From a virus (taxonomy: Duplodnaviria > Caudoviricetes): 64,000 nt of DNA. This document shows positions 9,005 to 17,541 of the stretch, piece by piece; position 1 is the first letter of the stretch, and every line of letters starts with the position of its first letter. The stretch spans positions 589-64,588 of IMG/VR virus record IMGVR_UViG_3300036651_002280. One strand, written 5' to 3'. Below the pieces are notes generated by a model. It saw nothing but the letters and a program-made list of their open reading frames with translations, did no database searches and was not told the origin of the DNA. The position numbers were made by a program, and so were the translations under genes.

Positions 9005-10165
9005 ATGGCAGCCGTGCCGAAGGTGTACCACTGGAAGCACGGCTGGATCCCGCTGGACGCCTACGCCAAGCTGGAGCAGTCCAAGCGCGGCTCGGCCGCC
9101 AAGCTCGCCGAGAACCCGATCGCCTCCCGGCTGGCCGCCCCCGTGCGCGGCCTCAACGACCTCTCCCCGGCGCTGCAGACCAAGATCAACGCCAAGATGT
9201 CCGCGCTGACCGGCATGCCCGAGCCCAAGCTCGCCGCCAAGGTCCAGGACAACCTCGTCCGCCTCTACGGCACCGGCGACAAGAAGGCGTTGACCTGGTA
9301 CGCCGACGAGGGCGCCGACATCGGCCGCCGAGCCGCCGCCCTGCGGGCCCAGTACGGCATCAAGCTCACGCAGGAGCAGCTGACCGGCATGGTCGCCGTC
9401 ACCTCCGCGCACAAGCGCTGGCTGGAGAACAAGGACTTCGCCGAGGCCATCGCCCGCAAGCTCGCCGAGGACAAGCCGTTCCCGGTCAGCCAGGAGATGA
9501 TCAACGACTACAACACCTTCGTCGGCAAGCGCCGCAACGGGCTGCTGAAGGTCCACCCCGAGCTGAAGCCGGGCACCTACAAGCCTAGCGAGCTGCCCAC
9601 CGACTTCGCCGTCTCGAAGACGCCGGGCATGCCGCGGCACCTGAATACCGACTACGTCGTCAACGCCGCGCGGATCTACCGCAACGAGGCCACGCTCGAC
9701 CAGGTGGTCGGCGGCCCCAAGCAGCGCAGCTTCGTCAACAACCTGATGAGCCCCGCGGACCCCCGTTCGGTCACCGTCGACACCTGGCACTACCGTGCCG
9801 CCATGCAGGGCATCCCGCTGACCTACGACTTCGGCCCGAAGGGGCAGAAGAAGACCTACAGCTACACGCTGGAGCAGTGGGCCGACCGCGAGCTGGCGCG
9901 CAACGACGGCCGGGCGGCCATGTTCGGCTACGACCCGAGCAAGCCCCCCACCGAGAAGCACAACCTGAAGGCCATCTTCAAGGCCACGAAGGACCCCCAG
10001 GACTTCTTCCAGAGCGGGCCCGCCGCGGTCGCCGACAAGTACGACGGCAGCTACGGCACCTACCCCTGGTTCGTGAAGCAGACCCAGGCCGCCGCGAGCA
10101 AGCTCAGCGTCTCGCCGTCGAGCATGCAGGCCGTCGCCTGGTACTCCGTGGGCGGCGGGCTGTGA
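9005..10165 (+). CDS. HWKHGWIPLD-tagged protein, possible HhH/DNA-glycosylase-like fold
   Basis: GGAGG RBS; WY, A.TS...W..N, GPK..SF.NN, VTVDTW, QAVAW motifs; Lys-rich. Confidence 0.7.
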   Translation: MAAVPKVYHWKHGWIPLDAYAKLEQSKRGSAAKLAENPIASRLAAPVRGLNDLSPALQTKINAKMSALTGMPEPKLAAKVQDNLVRLYGTGDKKALTWYADEGADIGRRAAALRAQYGIKLTQEQLTGMVAVTSAHKRWLENKDFAEAIARKLAEDKPFPVSQEMINDYNTFVGKRRNGLLKVHPELKPGTYKPSELPTDFAVSKTPGMPRHLNTDYVVNAARIYRNEATLDQVVGGPKQRSFVNNLMSPADPRSVTVDTWHYRAAMQGIPLTYDFGPKGQKKTYSYTLEQWADRELARNDGRAAMFGYDPSKPPTEKHNLKAIFKATKDPQDFFQSGPAAVADKYDGSYGTYPWFVKQTQAAASKLSVSPSSMQAVAWYSVGGGL

Positions 10166-10365
10166 TGGCCGCCTGGAAGCCCCTGGACCCCTACCGGGGC
10201 AAGGAGATCGAGCCGCTGCACGGCCAGGAGCTGATCGACCTGGTCGACTTCTACAAGCGCACCGCCGACCAGAACGGCGAGCCCCACGACCCCGAGTGGG
10301 ACCGCTGGCTGGCCGAGGACGCCGAGGGTCCCGACGACGAACCGGACGACGCCCCGAGCGCGTAG
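10165..10365 (+). CDS. Small acidic partner protein (66 aa), possible immunity
   Basis: TGATG coupling to upstream gene; D/E-rich. Confidence 0.6.
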   Translation: MAAWKPLDPYRGKEIEPLHGQELIDLVDFYKRTADQNGEPHDPEWDRWLAEDAEGPDDEPDDAPSA

Positions 10366-10465
10366 CGCCCCCAGCTTCACACTCAGCTTCACACCCCCAC
10401 CCCAGCACCCCCGAGGCCCAAGAGCCACGGGGGTGCTGTCGTCTCACAGGGAAGGCGGTGGGGGA

Positions 10466-11167
10466 GTGGCGGGCTTCAATCCGAATCAGCCGCGCGTGCC
10501 CGCCGGGCAGGGGGGCGGCGGCGAGTGGGGATCACCCCGTAGCGCCTCCGCCGCGGCGGCCCAGAAGAACCAGGCCGCGGTCGCGGCGTACCAGCACCTG
10601 CTGAAGCTGCCACCGGGCCAGCGGGCGGCATACGTGAAGGGTCTGTCGACCTCGCAGCTGGAGCACCTGACCGCGGTCGCCTACAGCTTCCACACCAGCA
10701 ACTCCAACGTCGTCGGGGCGCGCTACGCGCTGTCGAAGGAGATGACCCACCGGGGCATCCCGATCACGAAGTACGGCGCACTCGGCGGCGGCCTGGCGGC
10801 CAAGCACGCCCCGGCCAAGCACGCCCCGGCCAAGCATCAGACGGCGGCAGCCCACCAGGCGGCGGCAGCCAAGAAGGCCGCCGCCCAGAAGCTGGCACAC
10901 CAGAAGAAGGTAGCGAGCCTGCAGAAGAAGGAAGCGAGCCTGCAGAGCCGGAGCACGAAGACGCAGGCGGCGCTGAACAAGCGCATCGCGGCCATCGACG
11001 CCCAGGAGAAGAAGGCGCGAGCCGCCAAGAACCAGAAGACCGCCACCGGGCGCCTGAAGGCGCTCGACGCCAGGGAGCTGAAGGCCCGGATGGCGGCCGC
11101 CCACAAGGAAGCCGCGCTGAGCGCTCAGGAGCGCAGCGTGCAAGCCCAGCTGAAAGCCCTGGGCTGA
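10466..11167 (+). CDS. Lys/Ala-rich histone-like protein with N-terminal FNPNQPRVPAG..GGEW motif
   Basis: AKHAP repeats, AAKK runs, coiled-coil C-terminus. Confidence 0.7.
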   Translation: MAGFNPNQPRVPAGQGGGGEWGSPRSASAAAAQKNQAAVAAYQHLLKLPPGQRAAYVKGLSTSQLEHLTAVAYSFHTSNSNVVGARYALSKEMTHRGIPITKYGALGGGLAAKHAPAKHAPAKHQTAAAHQAAAAKKAAAQKLAHQKKVASLQKKEASLQSRSTKTQAALNKRIAAIDAQEKKARAAKNQKTATGRLKALDARELKARMAAAHKEAALSAQERSVQAQLKALG

Positions 11168-11260
11168 CACAGACGCCCCGGCCCGCCGCCGGGGATGGCG
11201 GGACGACCGCGCTACAGGTCGGTGGCCGACGGGCCGTAAACGGATCGAAGGGCGCAAGCC

Positions 11261-11851
11261 ATGACCATGCCCACAGGAGACTCGGGCGACAACGGCCAGA
11301 CCCCCGAGGGCGACGAGCCCGAAGGCACTGGCCAGCAGGGCGGCCAGCAGTCGGAGTGGAAGCCTCCGGCCTCCCAGGAGGAGCTGGACCGAATTATCAC
11401 CGACCGCCTGAAGCGGGAGACGCGGAAGTTCCGCGACTACGACTCGCTGAAGGCCAAGGCGGAGCAGTACGACAGTCTCGCCGCTTCGGTCCAGACGGAC
11501 CAGGAGCGGGCCATCGCCGAGGCCCAGGAGCAGGCGTTCAACGCCGCGATGGGGTCCGTCGTGCCGCGCCTCGTGCGGGCCGAGTTCAAGGCTGCCGCAC
11601 TCGGCAAGTTGACCGGCGAGCAGCTGGAGACGCTGCTCGAAGACGTCGACCTGACCAAGTACGTCGACGACGACGGCGAGCCGGACGTCGACCGCATCAA
11701 GCGGAAGGTCGAGGCGCTCGCGCCGAGGACTCCGCCTCCCAGCTTCGGGCAGGGCCAGCGCCAGCAGGTCCAGGCCCCGAAGTCCATGAACGACCTGATC
11801 AGGGGCCTGGCCACCAAGGGCACCGTGACCCTCAGCGGCCGCGACCTCTGA
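11261..11851 (+). CDS. Capsid scaffolding protein
   Basis: Acidic N-terminus, SQEELDRII..RL.RE..KF.DYD.LK.KA; just before capsid. Confidence 0.85.
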   Translation: MTMPTGDSGDNGQTPEGDEPEGTGQQGGQQSEWKPPASQEELDRIITDRLKRETRKFRDYDSLKAKAEQYDSLAASVQTDQERAIAEAQEQAFNAAMGSVVPRLVRAEFKAAALGKLTGEQLETLLEDVDLTKYVDDDGEPDVDRIKRKVEALAPRTPPPSFGQGQRQQVQAPKSMNDLIRGLATKGTVTLSGRDL

Positions 11852-11919
11852 TCTTCGGCAGCGCACCCGGCATGGCGCGGGGAGCTGCTTCTCCCAACCC
11901 CTGAAAGAGAGGTACAGCC

Positions 11920-12870
11920 ATGCCGAACAACAACATCATCAGCCGGGGCGATGCCCAGGCCCTGATGCCGGAGGAGGTCTCGAACGAGCTGCTGCGCACC
12001 GTGGTCAGCCAGTCCGCGGTCCTCAGCCGGTTCCGCCGGATCCCCGTGGGACGCCAGCAGGTCCGCCTGCCCGTCCTGTCCGCCCTCCCGACCGCCTACT
12101 TCGTCGCCGGTGACACCGGTCTGAAGCAGACGACCGAGATGGCCTGGGCGAACAAGTTCCTCAACATCGAGGAGATCGCCGTCATCGTCCCGATCCCGGA
12201 CAACGTGATCGCCGACATGGAGGCGAACATCTGGGACGAGGCCATGCCGCTGCTCACCCAGGCGTTCGGCCGGTGCCTGGACAACGCGGTGTTCTTCGGG
12301 GTCGGCGCGCCCGCGTCCTACCCGACCAACATCGCGGCTGCGGCCGCTGCGGCGGGCAACATCGTCGTCGAGGGCGCCAACGACGCGGCTGCGGCCGGTG
12401 GGTACTTCAACGACGTCGACGCCCTGCTGGCCGCCGTCGAGGCCGACGGCTACGAGGTCAACGGCTGGGTCGCGGCGACCTCGTTCAAGTCCAAGCTGCG
12501 CTCCGCGCGCAACACGCTCGGTGACCGGCTCGACCAGAACCGGGTCAACGGGCCGCTGACCGAGCTGGACGGGTACCCGATCAGCTACCCGATGCGGGGC
12601 ATGTTCCCGACGTCCTCCGGCGGCGCTCGCGTCTTCGGTGGCGACTTCGACCAGTTCGTGGTCGGTGTCCGGCAGGACATCTCGATGAAGGTCAGCAACG
12701 AGGCTGTCATCCAGGACGCTGCCGGGAACATCGTCTACAACTCGTTCCAGCAGGACCTGACCTTCCTCCGGCTGACCTTCCGGGTCGGCTGGCAGGTGGC
12801 GAACACGATCAACTACGACAACCCGGACGACAGCACCCGCTACCCCGTGGGCGCTCTCACCCTGGCCTGA
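11920..12870 (+). CDS. Major capsid protein (HK97 fold)
   Basis: L.PEEVS, P.AYFV, EEIAVIVPI, GDF, N.FQQD...LR...RVG. Confidence 0.92.
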   Translation: MPNNNIISRGDAQALMPEEVSNELLRTVVSQSAVLSRFRRIPVGRQQVRLPVLSALPTAYFVAGDTGLKQTTEMAWANKFLNIEEIAVIVPIPDNVIADMEANIWDEAMPLLTQAFGRCLDNAVFFGVGAPASYPTNIAAAAAAAGNIVVEGANDAAAAGGYFNDVDALLAAVEADGYEVNGWVAATSFKSKLRSARNTLGDRLDQNRVNGPLTELDGYPISYPMRGMFPTSSGGARVFGGDFDQFVVGVRQDISMKVSNEAVIQDAAGNIVYNSFQQDLTFLRLTFRVGWQVANTINYDNPDDSTRYPVGALTLA

Positions 12871-12935
12871 TCCTTCGGGATCTCCTTCTCCGGCCCGCCA
12901 CCGGACCCACCTGACACGGAAAGGAACTGATCACC

Positions 12936-13328
12936 ATGACCACTACGGGTCATTCCACGGCTGGTCGGTCGGTGGCGAGCTTCGGCACCACCTCCGGCTC
13001 GAAGGCCGTCACCGCACCCGCGGGGACGTTCAACGACCCCGACGACGTCGACGTCGTCGTGACCGCCACCGGCGTCCCGGCGGGCACGACCATCGCGTCG
13101 GTCGAGTCGGACACCGCGGCCACCCTGTCGGCCAACGCCACGGCGACCGGCACGGTCACGGCCACCCTCGGTGCCGAGCTGGCCAGCGAGGTCGGCTTCA
13201 CCGGCTGGGTGCCCACCACGGGTGCCCAGCAGGGGGACTGGACGGTCGCGGCGGCCAACGCCGGGACTCTCCCGCCCGAGCACCTGGCCGACAGCAACAC
13301 CCGCGTCACCCAGTACGTCGAGCACTGA
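12936..13328 (+). CDS. Putative capsid decoration protein
   Basis: Thr/Ala-rich beta protein (GVPAGTTI, ATLSANATA) after capsid. Confidence 0.55.
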   Translation: MTTTGHSTAGRSVASFGTTSGSKAVTAPAGTFNDPDDVDVVVTATGVPAGTTIASVESDTAATLSANATATGTVTATLGAELASEVGFTGWVPTTGAQQGDWTVAAANAGTLPPEHLADSNTRVTQYVEH

Positions 13329-13395
13329 TCCTCTCCGCCGGACGCGGGCATCGTCGCCCGCGTCCGGCGGGAGGCCCGATCCTGAGAGGCCAGCG

Positions 13396-13764
13396 ATGTC
13401 CGACGACCCTGGCTACATCGGCACCCGGCCCGACCCGGTGCCGCCCGAGCACTACACCGTCGCCGGAGTGCTGGCCGGGAAGACCCCGGTCCGCCTTCCG
13501 CACCACCGAGACGGCTACGAGAACGCCCCCACGTCCCCTGAGCCGCAGCCGATGCCACGCCCGGCCACTCCTAAGCCGCTGAAGCCCCGCGGCCCGGAGA
13601 GCCAGCCACAGGGCGAGGACGGCCCCCCTCCGAAGACGGGCAAGGGCTCGTCCGCCGACGCCTGGGCGATCTACGCCAGCGCGAAGGGCGTCACCGTCGA
13701 GCTGGACGCCAAGCGCGAGGACATCATCGACGCCTGCGAGAAGGCGGGCGTCCCCACCGAGTAG
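13396..13764 (+). CDS. Head-associated hypothetical protein
   Basis: C-terminal S.DAW..YA..GV...KREDII helical motif; synteny. Confidence 0.55.
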   Translation: MSDDPGYIGTRPDPVPPEHYTVAGVLAGKTPVRLPHHRDGYENAPTSPEPQPMPRPATPKPLKPRGPESQPQGEDGPPPKTGKGSSADAWAIYASAKGVTVELDAKREDIIDACEKAGVPTE

Positions 13765-13828
13765 GCCCCCGACGGCCGGTCCCTGGCGGGGAGACCGGCC
13801 GTCGGGCCCCACCCAGAGGAGGTGCCCA

Positions 13829-14338
13829 GTGAGCATGATCTACGCGACCCTCACCGACGTCGACGACGCCTACGAGGGCACCATCCCCACCGGCGACAAC
13901 GCGCGAGTCACCATGCTGTGCAAGCGCGCCTCCGCCCGTCTGTACCGGCTGATGCCGTCCATCGACTACCGGATCGCCACCGGCGAGCTGGACCCCGACC
14001 TGCCGCGCGGCCTGGTCGTGGACGCCGTGCTGCGCGTGTACCGCAACCCCGAGGGGGTCACCGCCGAGGAGATCGGCCCCTTCCACAAGGCGTTCAACCC
14101 CCGCAGCGTGCACGCCGAGATCACCTTCGACGAGTCCGAGGTCCAGCAGCTGCTGGCTCCCATCCCGAACTACGTCCGCCCGTCGATCAAGGTCGGCATG
14201 CCCAGCCCCAAGCAGGTCATGTCCGAGCTGGCCGGGCTCGCCCCCTACGACCCGGACAAGGACGGCGACGACGACTCCGGCTTCAGCACCGGCGGGGACA
14301 CCGATGCCGACCCGTCCACCGGCACGATCGTCTTCTGA
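13829..14338 (+). CDS. Head-to-tail adaptor
   Basis: YAT..DV, V.R..RNPEG...E.IGPF. Confidence 0.75.
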   Translation: MSMIYATLTDVDDAYEGTIPTGDNARVTMLCKRASARLYRLMPSIDYRIATGELDPDLPRGLVVDAVLRVYRNPEGVTAEEIGPFHKAFNPRSVHAEITFDESEVQQLLAPIPNYVRPSIKVGMPSPKQVMSELAGLAPYDPDKDGDDDSGFSTGGDTDADPSTGTIVF

Positions 14339-14742
14339 TGACCACGCTGCCCCTGAAGACCGGCGGCACGACCGTCACGATCCTGCACGAGACGCAGGAC
14401 ACCAACGGGGACAAGACGTGGGCGGACGGCGTCACGATCACCGGCTGCCTGCAGTTCCCCAGCTTCTCCAACAGCGGCCGGGTCACCTGGCGCTCGGAGC
14501 GGCAGACCAGCGGCTCCGACGTCGTCACCGACTCACGCACCCTCTACATGCCCTTCGGCACCACCGTCGGGCCGACCGACCGGATCCTGATCCACCCCGA
14601 CGGGCAGAACGACCCGGCCACGCTGGACGCCGCCTACCGGCGCGAGCACAGCTACGACATCCTCGGCGAGCCGATGCAGTGGCAGAACATGCTCACCGGC
14701 TGGGCCCCCGTCTGCGAGTGCGCGCTGGTGAGGGTGAGCTGA
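14338..14742 (+). CDS. Head-to-tail stopper
   Basis: TGATG coupling; TLYMP, TDRI, Y.I.GEP..W. Confidence 0.7.
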   Translation: MTTLPLKTGGTTVTILHETQDTNGDKTWADGVTITGCLQFPSFSNSGRVTWRSERQTSGSDVVTDSRTLYMPFGTTVGPTDRILIHPDGQNDPATLDAAYRREHSYDILGEPMQWQNMLTGWAPVCECALVRVS

Positions 14743-14745
14743 CCG

Positions 14746-15090
14746 TTGAAGTACACCGAGGACTACGAGAGCATCGGCCGCTACCTGCGCGAGTCGCCGG
14801 AGCTTCGCGCCGAGCTGCACCGCCGGGCCGAGCTGGGCCTGACCATCGCCCGTGCGCTCGCGCCGGTGCTGAAGCACCCCACCCACGATCGCGTCCCCGG
14901 CGCGCTGAAGGCGTCCGGCCGGGTGACCGATGACGGCCTGGCCGACGCTGGGCACGACCGGATGCAGGTCTCCATCGAGTTCGGCCCCGAGCAGGGCTAC
15001 GGCGCCGCGGCCACCTTCCCCAAGCGGCACCCGGACCCGACCGCCAAGGACTACCTGATCGCCGCGATCCCGATGATCGAAAGGGGCTGA
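14746..15090 (+). CDS. Neck / tail completion protein
   Basis: Synteny; L..SPEL..EL..RA, IEFG. Confidence 0.55.
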   Translation: MKYTEDYESIGRYLRESPELRAELHRRAELGLTIARALAPVLKHPTHDRVPGALKASGRVTDDGLADAGHDRMQVSIEFGPEQGYGAAATFPKRHPDPTAKDYLIAAIPMIERG

Positions 15091-15092
15091 CC

Positions 15093-15506
15093 GTGCCCGC
15101 GTTGACGTCGCTCCCGTACCCCGACGCCAACCTCACGGTCAAGGCGCTGCTGGCCGACCTGGCTACGACGGCGCTGACCGTCCCGAACGACTTCGCCCCG
15201 CCGCTGATCGTCGTCAAGCGCGTGGGTGGCCAGCCGGACATCGAGGACATCACCGACTTCCCGATCATGCTGATCGCGGTCTACGGCGCCGACTACCCGT
15301 CCGCCCAGGCCCTGATGAGCCAGGTGCAGACGCGGATCCTCACCTCGCCCGCAACCCTGATCACGCTGCCCGACAGCAGCAAGGTGCTGGTCGACTCCGC
15401 GGGAATCCACGTCGGCGAGGCCGAGGTTCCCGACGTCTACCCGGACGACCGGCGCATCACGAGCACCTACCAGTTCGGCTGGCGGCGGCAGTTCCCCGTC
15501 GGCTGA
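15093..15506 (+). CDS. Tail terminator
   Basis: P.I.V.RVGG motif; precedes major tail. Confidence 0.7.
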   Translation: MPALTSLPYPDANLTVKALLADLATTALTVPNDFAPPLIVVKRVGGQPDIEDITDFPIMLIAVYGADYPSAQALMSQVQTRILTSPATLITLPDSSKVLVDSAGIHVGEAEVPDVYPDDRRITSTYQFGWRRQFPVG

Positions 15507-15593
15507 CCACGAGCACCCGCTGCCCGTCAGGGGAGCGGCACTGGGGCGCATCACCCATCCATCCCCTGATCAGAGGACAGAAAGGGGTCTGTC

Positions 15594-16253
15594 GTGACCA
15601 CGACGACTTTCGAGACCGAGCTGGCCAAGAACCAGCCGAACAACATCTTCAAGGCGCTCGGCGGCCTGATCTACGTCGCCAGCACCTCGGTCGCCATTCC
15701 GGCGGCGTTCACCTCCGGGTCGAGCGCGGACCTGCTCCAGCTCCCCGCCACCGACTGGCACCTGCTGGGTCTGCTGACCCAGAAGGACGGCATCGCCTTC
15801 AGCCGCTCGATGAAGCAGGACGACGAGACCTCGTGGGGCTACGACGAGCCCACCCGGTCCGACATCTCCCAGGACATCACGAGCGCCATGTTCGTGATGC
15901 AGGAGGTCAACCGGCACACCGCCGAGCTGTACGACTTCATCGACCTGTCCGCGGTCGTCCCCGACGCCACCACCGGTGAGGTCACCTGGAACAAGCCGCA
16001 GCTGACCGTGCCGATCTACAAGCGGCTGATCTACATCGGCGTCGACGGTGCAGGCACCGACCGGCGCTACCGGATCAAGGCCATGCCCAAGGCCCAGGTC
16101 ACCGCGGTGAAGGACGAGGTCTGGAACCAGACCGCGGCCACCACCTTCCCGGTCACCGTCACCGCCAAGGTCGACCCGACCCTCGGCTACTCGGTGCGCA
16201 ACGTCCTCGCCGGTCCCGGCCAGCTCGCGCGGAACGCCAGCCAGGGCTTCTGA
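15594..16253 (+). CDS. Major tail protein
   Basis: LGL...DGI.F, SWG..EPTRSDI; synteny. Confidence 0.85.
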   Translation: MTTTTFETELAKNQPNNIFKALGGLIYVASTSVAIPAAFTSGSSADLLQLPATDWHLLGLLTQKDGIAFSRSMKQDDETSWGYDEPTRSDISQDITSAMFVMQEVNRHTAELYDFIDLSAVVPDATTGEVTWNKPQLTVPIYKRLIYIGVDGAGTDRRYRIKAMPKAQVTAVKDEVWNQTAATTFPVTVTAKVDPTLGYSVRNVLAGPGQLARNASQGF

Positions 16254-16331
16254 CAGACGACCAGGACGGGCGTGCGGCCCCGGTCACGCCCGTCCTGGTC
16301 CCACTCACTGGGGCATCGAAAGGAGGCCGTC

Positions 16332-16598
16332 ATGGCGAAGACCGTCACGCTCGTCGACCGCGAGGGCCGCGAGCACGCCGTCAGCAGCCCGCTGGTGCTC
16401 AACCAGCTGCACTTCGGCTTCGGCTACCGGCTGCCCGAGGGCCTGTCGATCGACGACGCCATCGCTCAGCTCGGCGAGCCCGAGCCTGCACCGGTCGCGC
16501 CCACAGCGGCCGAGCCCGCACCGACGGCCGCCGAGGCGCGGCCGCGCGGGCGCAAGGAGACCTCCGGCACGAACGCCGAGGACAGCAACACCGACTGA
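16332..16598 (+). CDS. Hypothetical tail-region protein
   Basis: AGGAGG RBS; between major tail and chaperone. Confidence 0.6.
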   Translation: MAKTVTLVDREGREHAVSSPLVLNQLHFGFGYRLPEGLSIDDAIAQLGEPEPAPVAPTAAEPAPTAAEARPRGRKETSGTNAEDSNTD

Positions 16599-16624
16599 CC
16601 GCACCAACCGGGGAGAGGAACCAC

Positions 16625-17035
16625 ATGCCGAAGACGCCCGTCAAGGCCGCCGCCAAGACGTTCAAGTTCGCCGTGCTGAAGAAGGAGGCGCTGGCGAAGG
16701 CGGAGGGCCGCGAGCCCCGCAAGCTGCCGCCGCCGTTCGTGATCGACGACGTCGAGCCGCCGATCGTCATCACCGCGCCCGACACCGTCGAGCGCCAGAT
16801 GGTCATCGCCGAGATGATCGGCCCGAACATGCAGTTCCACCCGGCCGCGGCGCTGCCGCTGCTGCGGGCCCTGTGCGGCCCGGCGTTCCCACGGGTCTGG
16901 TCGCTGATCAAGGACGACACCGAGCCTGACCTGACCGTGCTGATGATCCAGTCGATCCTGCAGCACTTCAAGGAGTCGCTGCCGGAGATCGAGGCGGCAG
17001 AGCAGCCGGGGGGTTCCACGGCCTCGTCGAGCTGA
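16625..17035 (+). CDS. Tail assembly chaperone (G)
   Basis: Position; ends just after a G-run slippery site. Confidence 0.75.
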   Translation: MPKTPVKAAAKTFKFAVLKKEALAKAEGREPRKLPPPFVIDDVEPPIVITAPDTVERQMVIAEMIGPNMQFHPAAALPLLRALCGPAFPRVWSLIKDDTEPDLTVLMIQSILQHFKESLPEIEAAEQPGGSTASSS

Positions 17036-17484
17036 TCGAACGCTTCGGCGGGGCCATCGAGTACGACCTGCAGTACGAGCTGCAGATCAACATCCTGGAG
17101 TTCTTCGACGGCCGTCGTAGCTGGCGGTCGTTCTACGAGTTCGTGGAACGGCTGCCCGGTCACGGCCACTACAAGAGCGCGCTGGCCATGGATGAGGAGT
17201 GGGCCCAGCGCGTCATCGAGCTGGAGGAGCAGGGCCAGCAGGTGGCACCGGCCGCCGACCCGGCGCAGATGACGCCGCTGGGTTACACGCCGGAGGTGTC
17301 CTACCTCTCGCTCATCGCCGACCGGCTCATCGCGGTCCGCGACGCGGTCATCGGTTCCAACGGCGGCGACCCGCCGCCCCAGCAGCCGCTGCCGCGGCCA
17401 TCCACCGCGCTCGACCGGGCGCGCGAGAGCAGCTCCCGCAACCAGCTGCTCGAACTGGATCAGTTCATCCGCGGGAGCAGCTGA
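17008..17484 (+). CDS. Tail assembly chaperone GT extension via -1 frameshift
   Basis: G GGG GGT at 17008-17014; -1 frame open (GFHGLVELIERFGGAIEYDL...) to 17484. Confidence 0.7.
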   Translation, partial: GGFHGLVELIERFGGAIEYDLQYELQINILEFFDGRRSWRSFYEFVERLPGHGHYKSALAMDEEWAQRVIELEEQGQQVAPAADPAQMTPLGYTPEVSYLSLIADRLIAVRDAVIGSNGGDPPPQQPLPRPSTALDRARESSSRNQLLELDQFIRGSS

Positions 17485-17541
17485 CCGGCAACTCACGGGG
17501 GCGACACCCCCCTCGACTGATCACGAGGGGGGTGCGCCCGC

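Noticed and set aside
7192-9051. Tag repeats as DGR or as DNA sites for swapping tips onto MuF
   Set aside because: No reverse transcriptase or A-specific variation; MuF lacks the repeat and each copy has its own start codon. Recombination among the three copies is not excluded.
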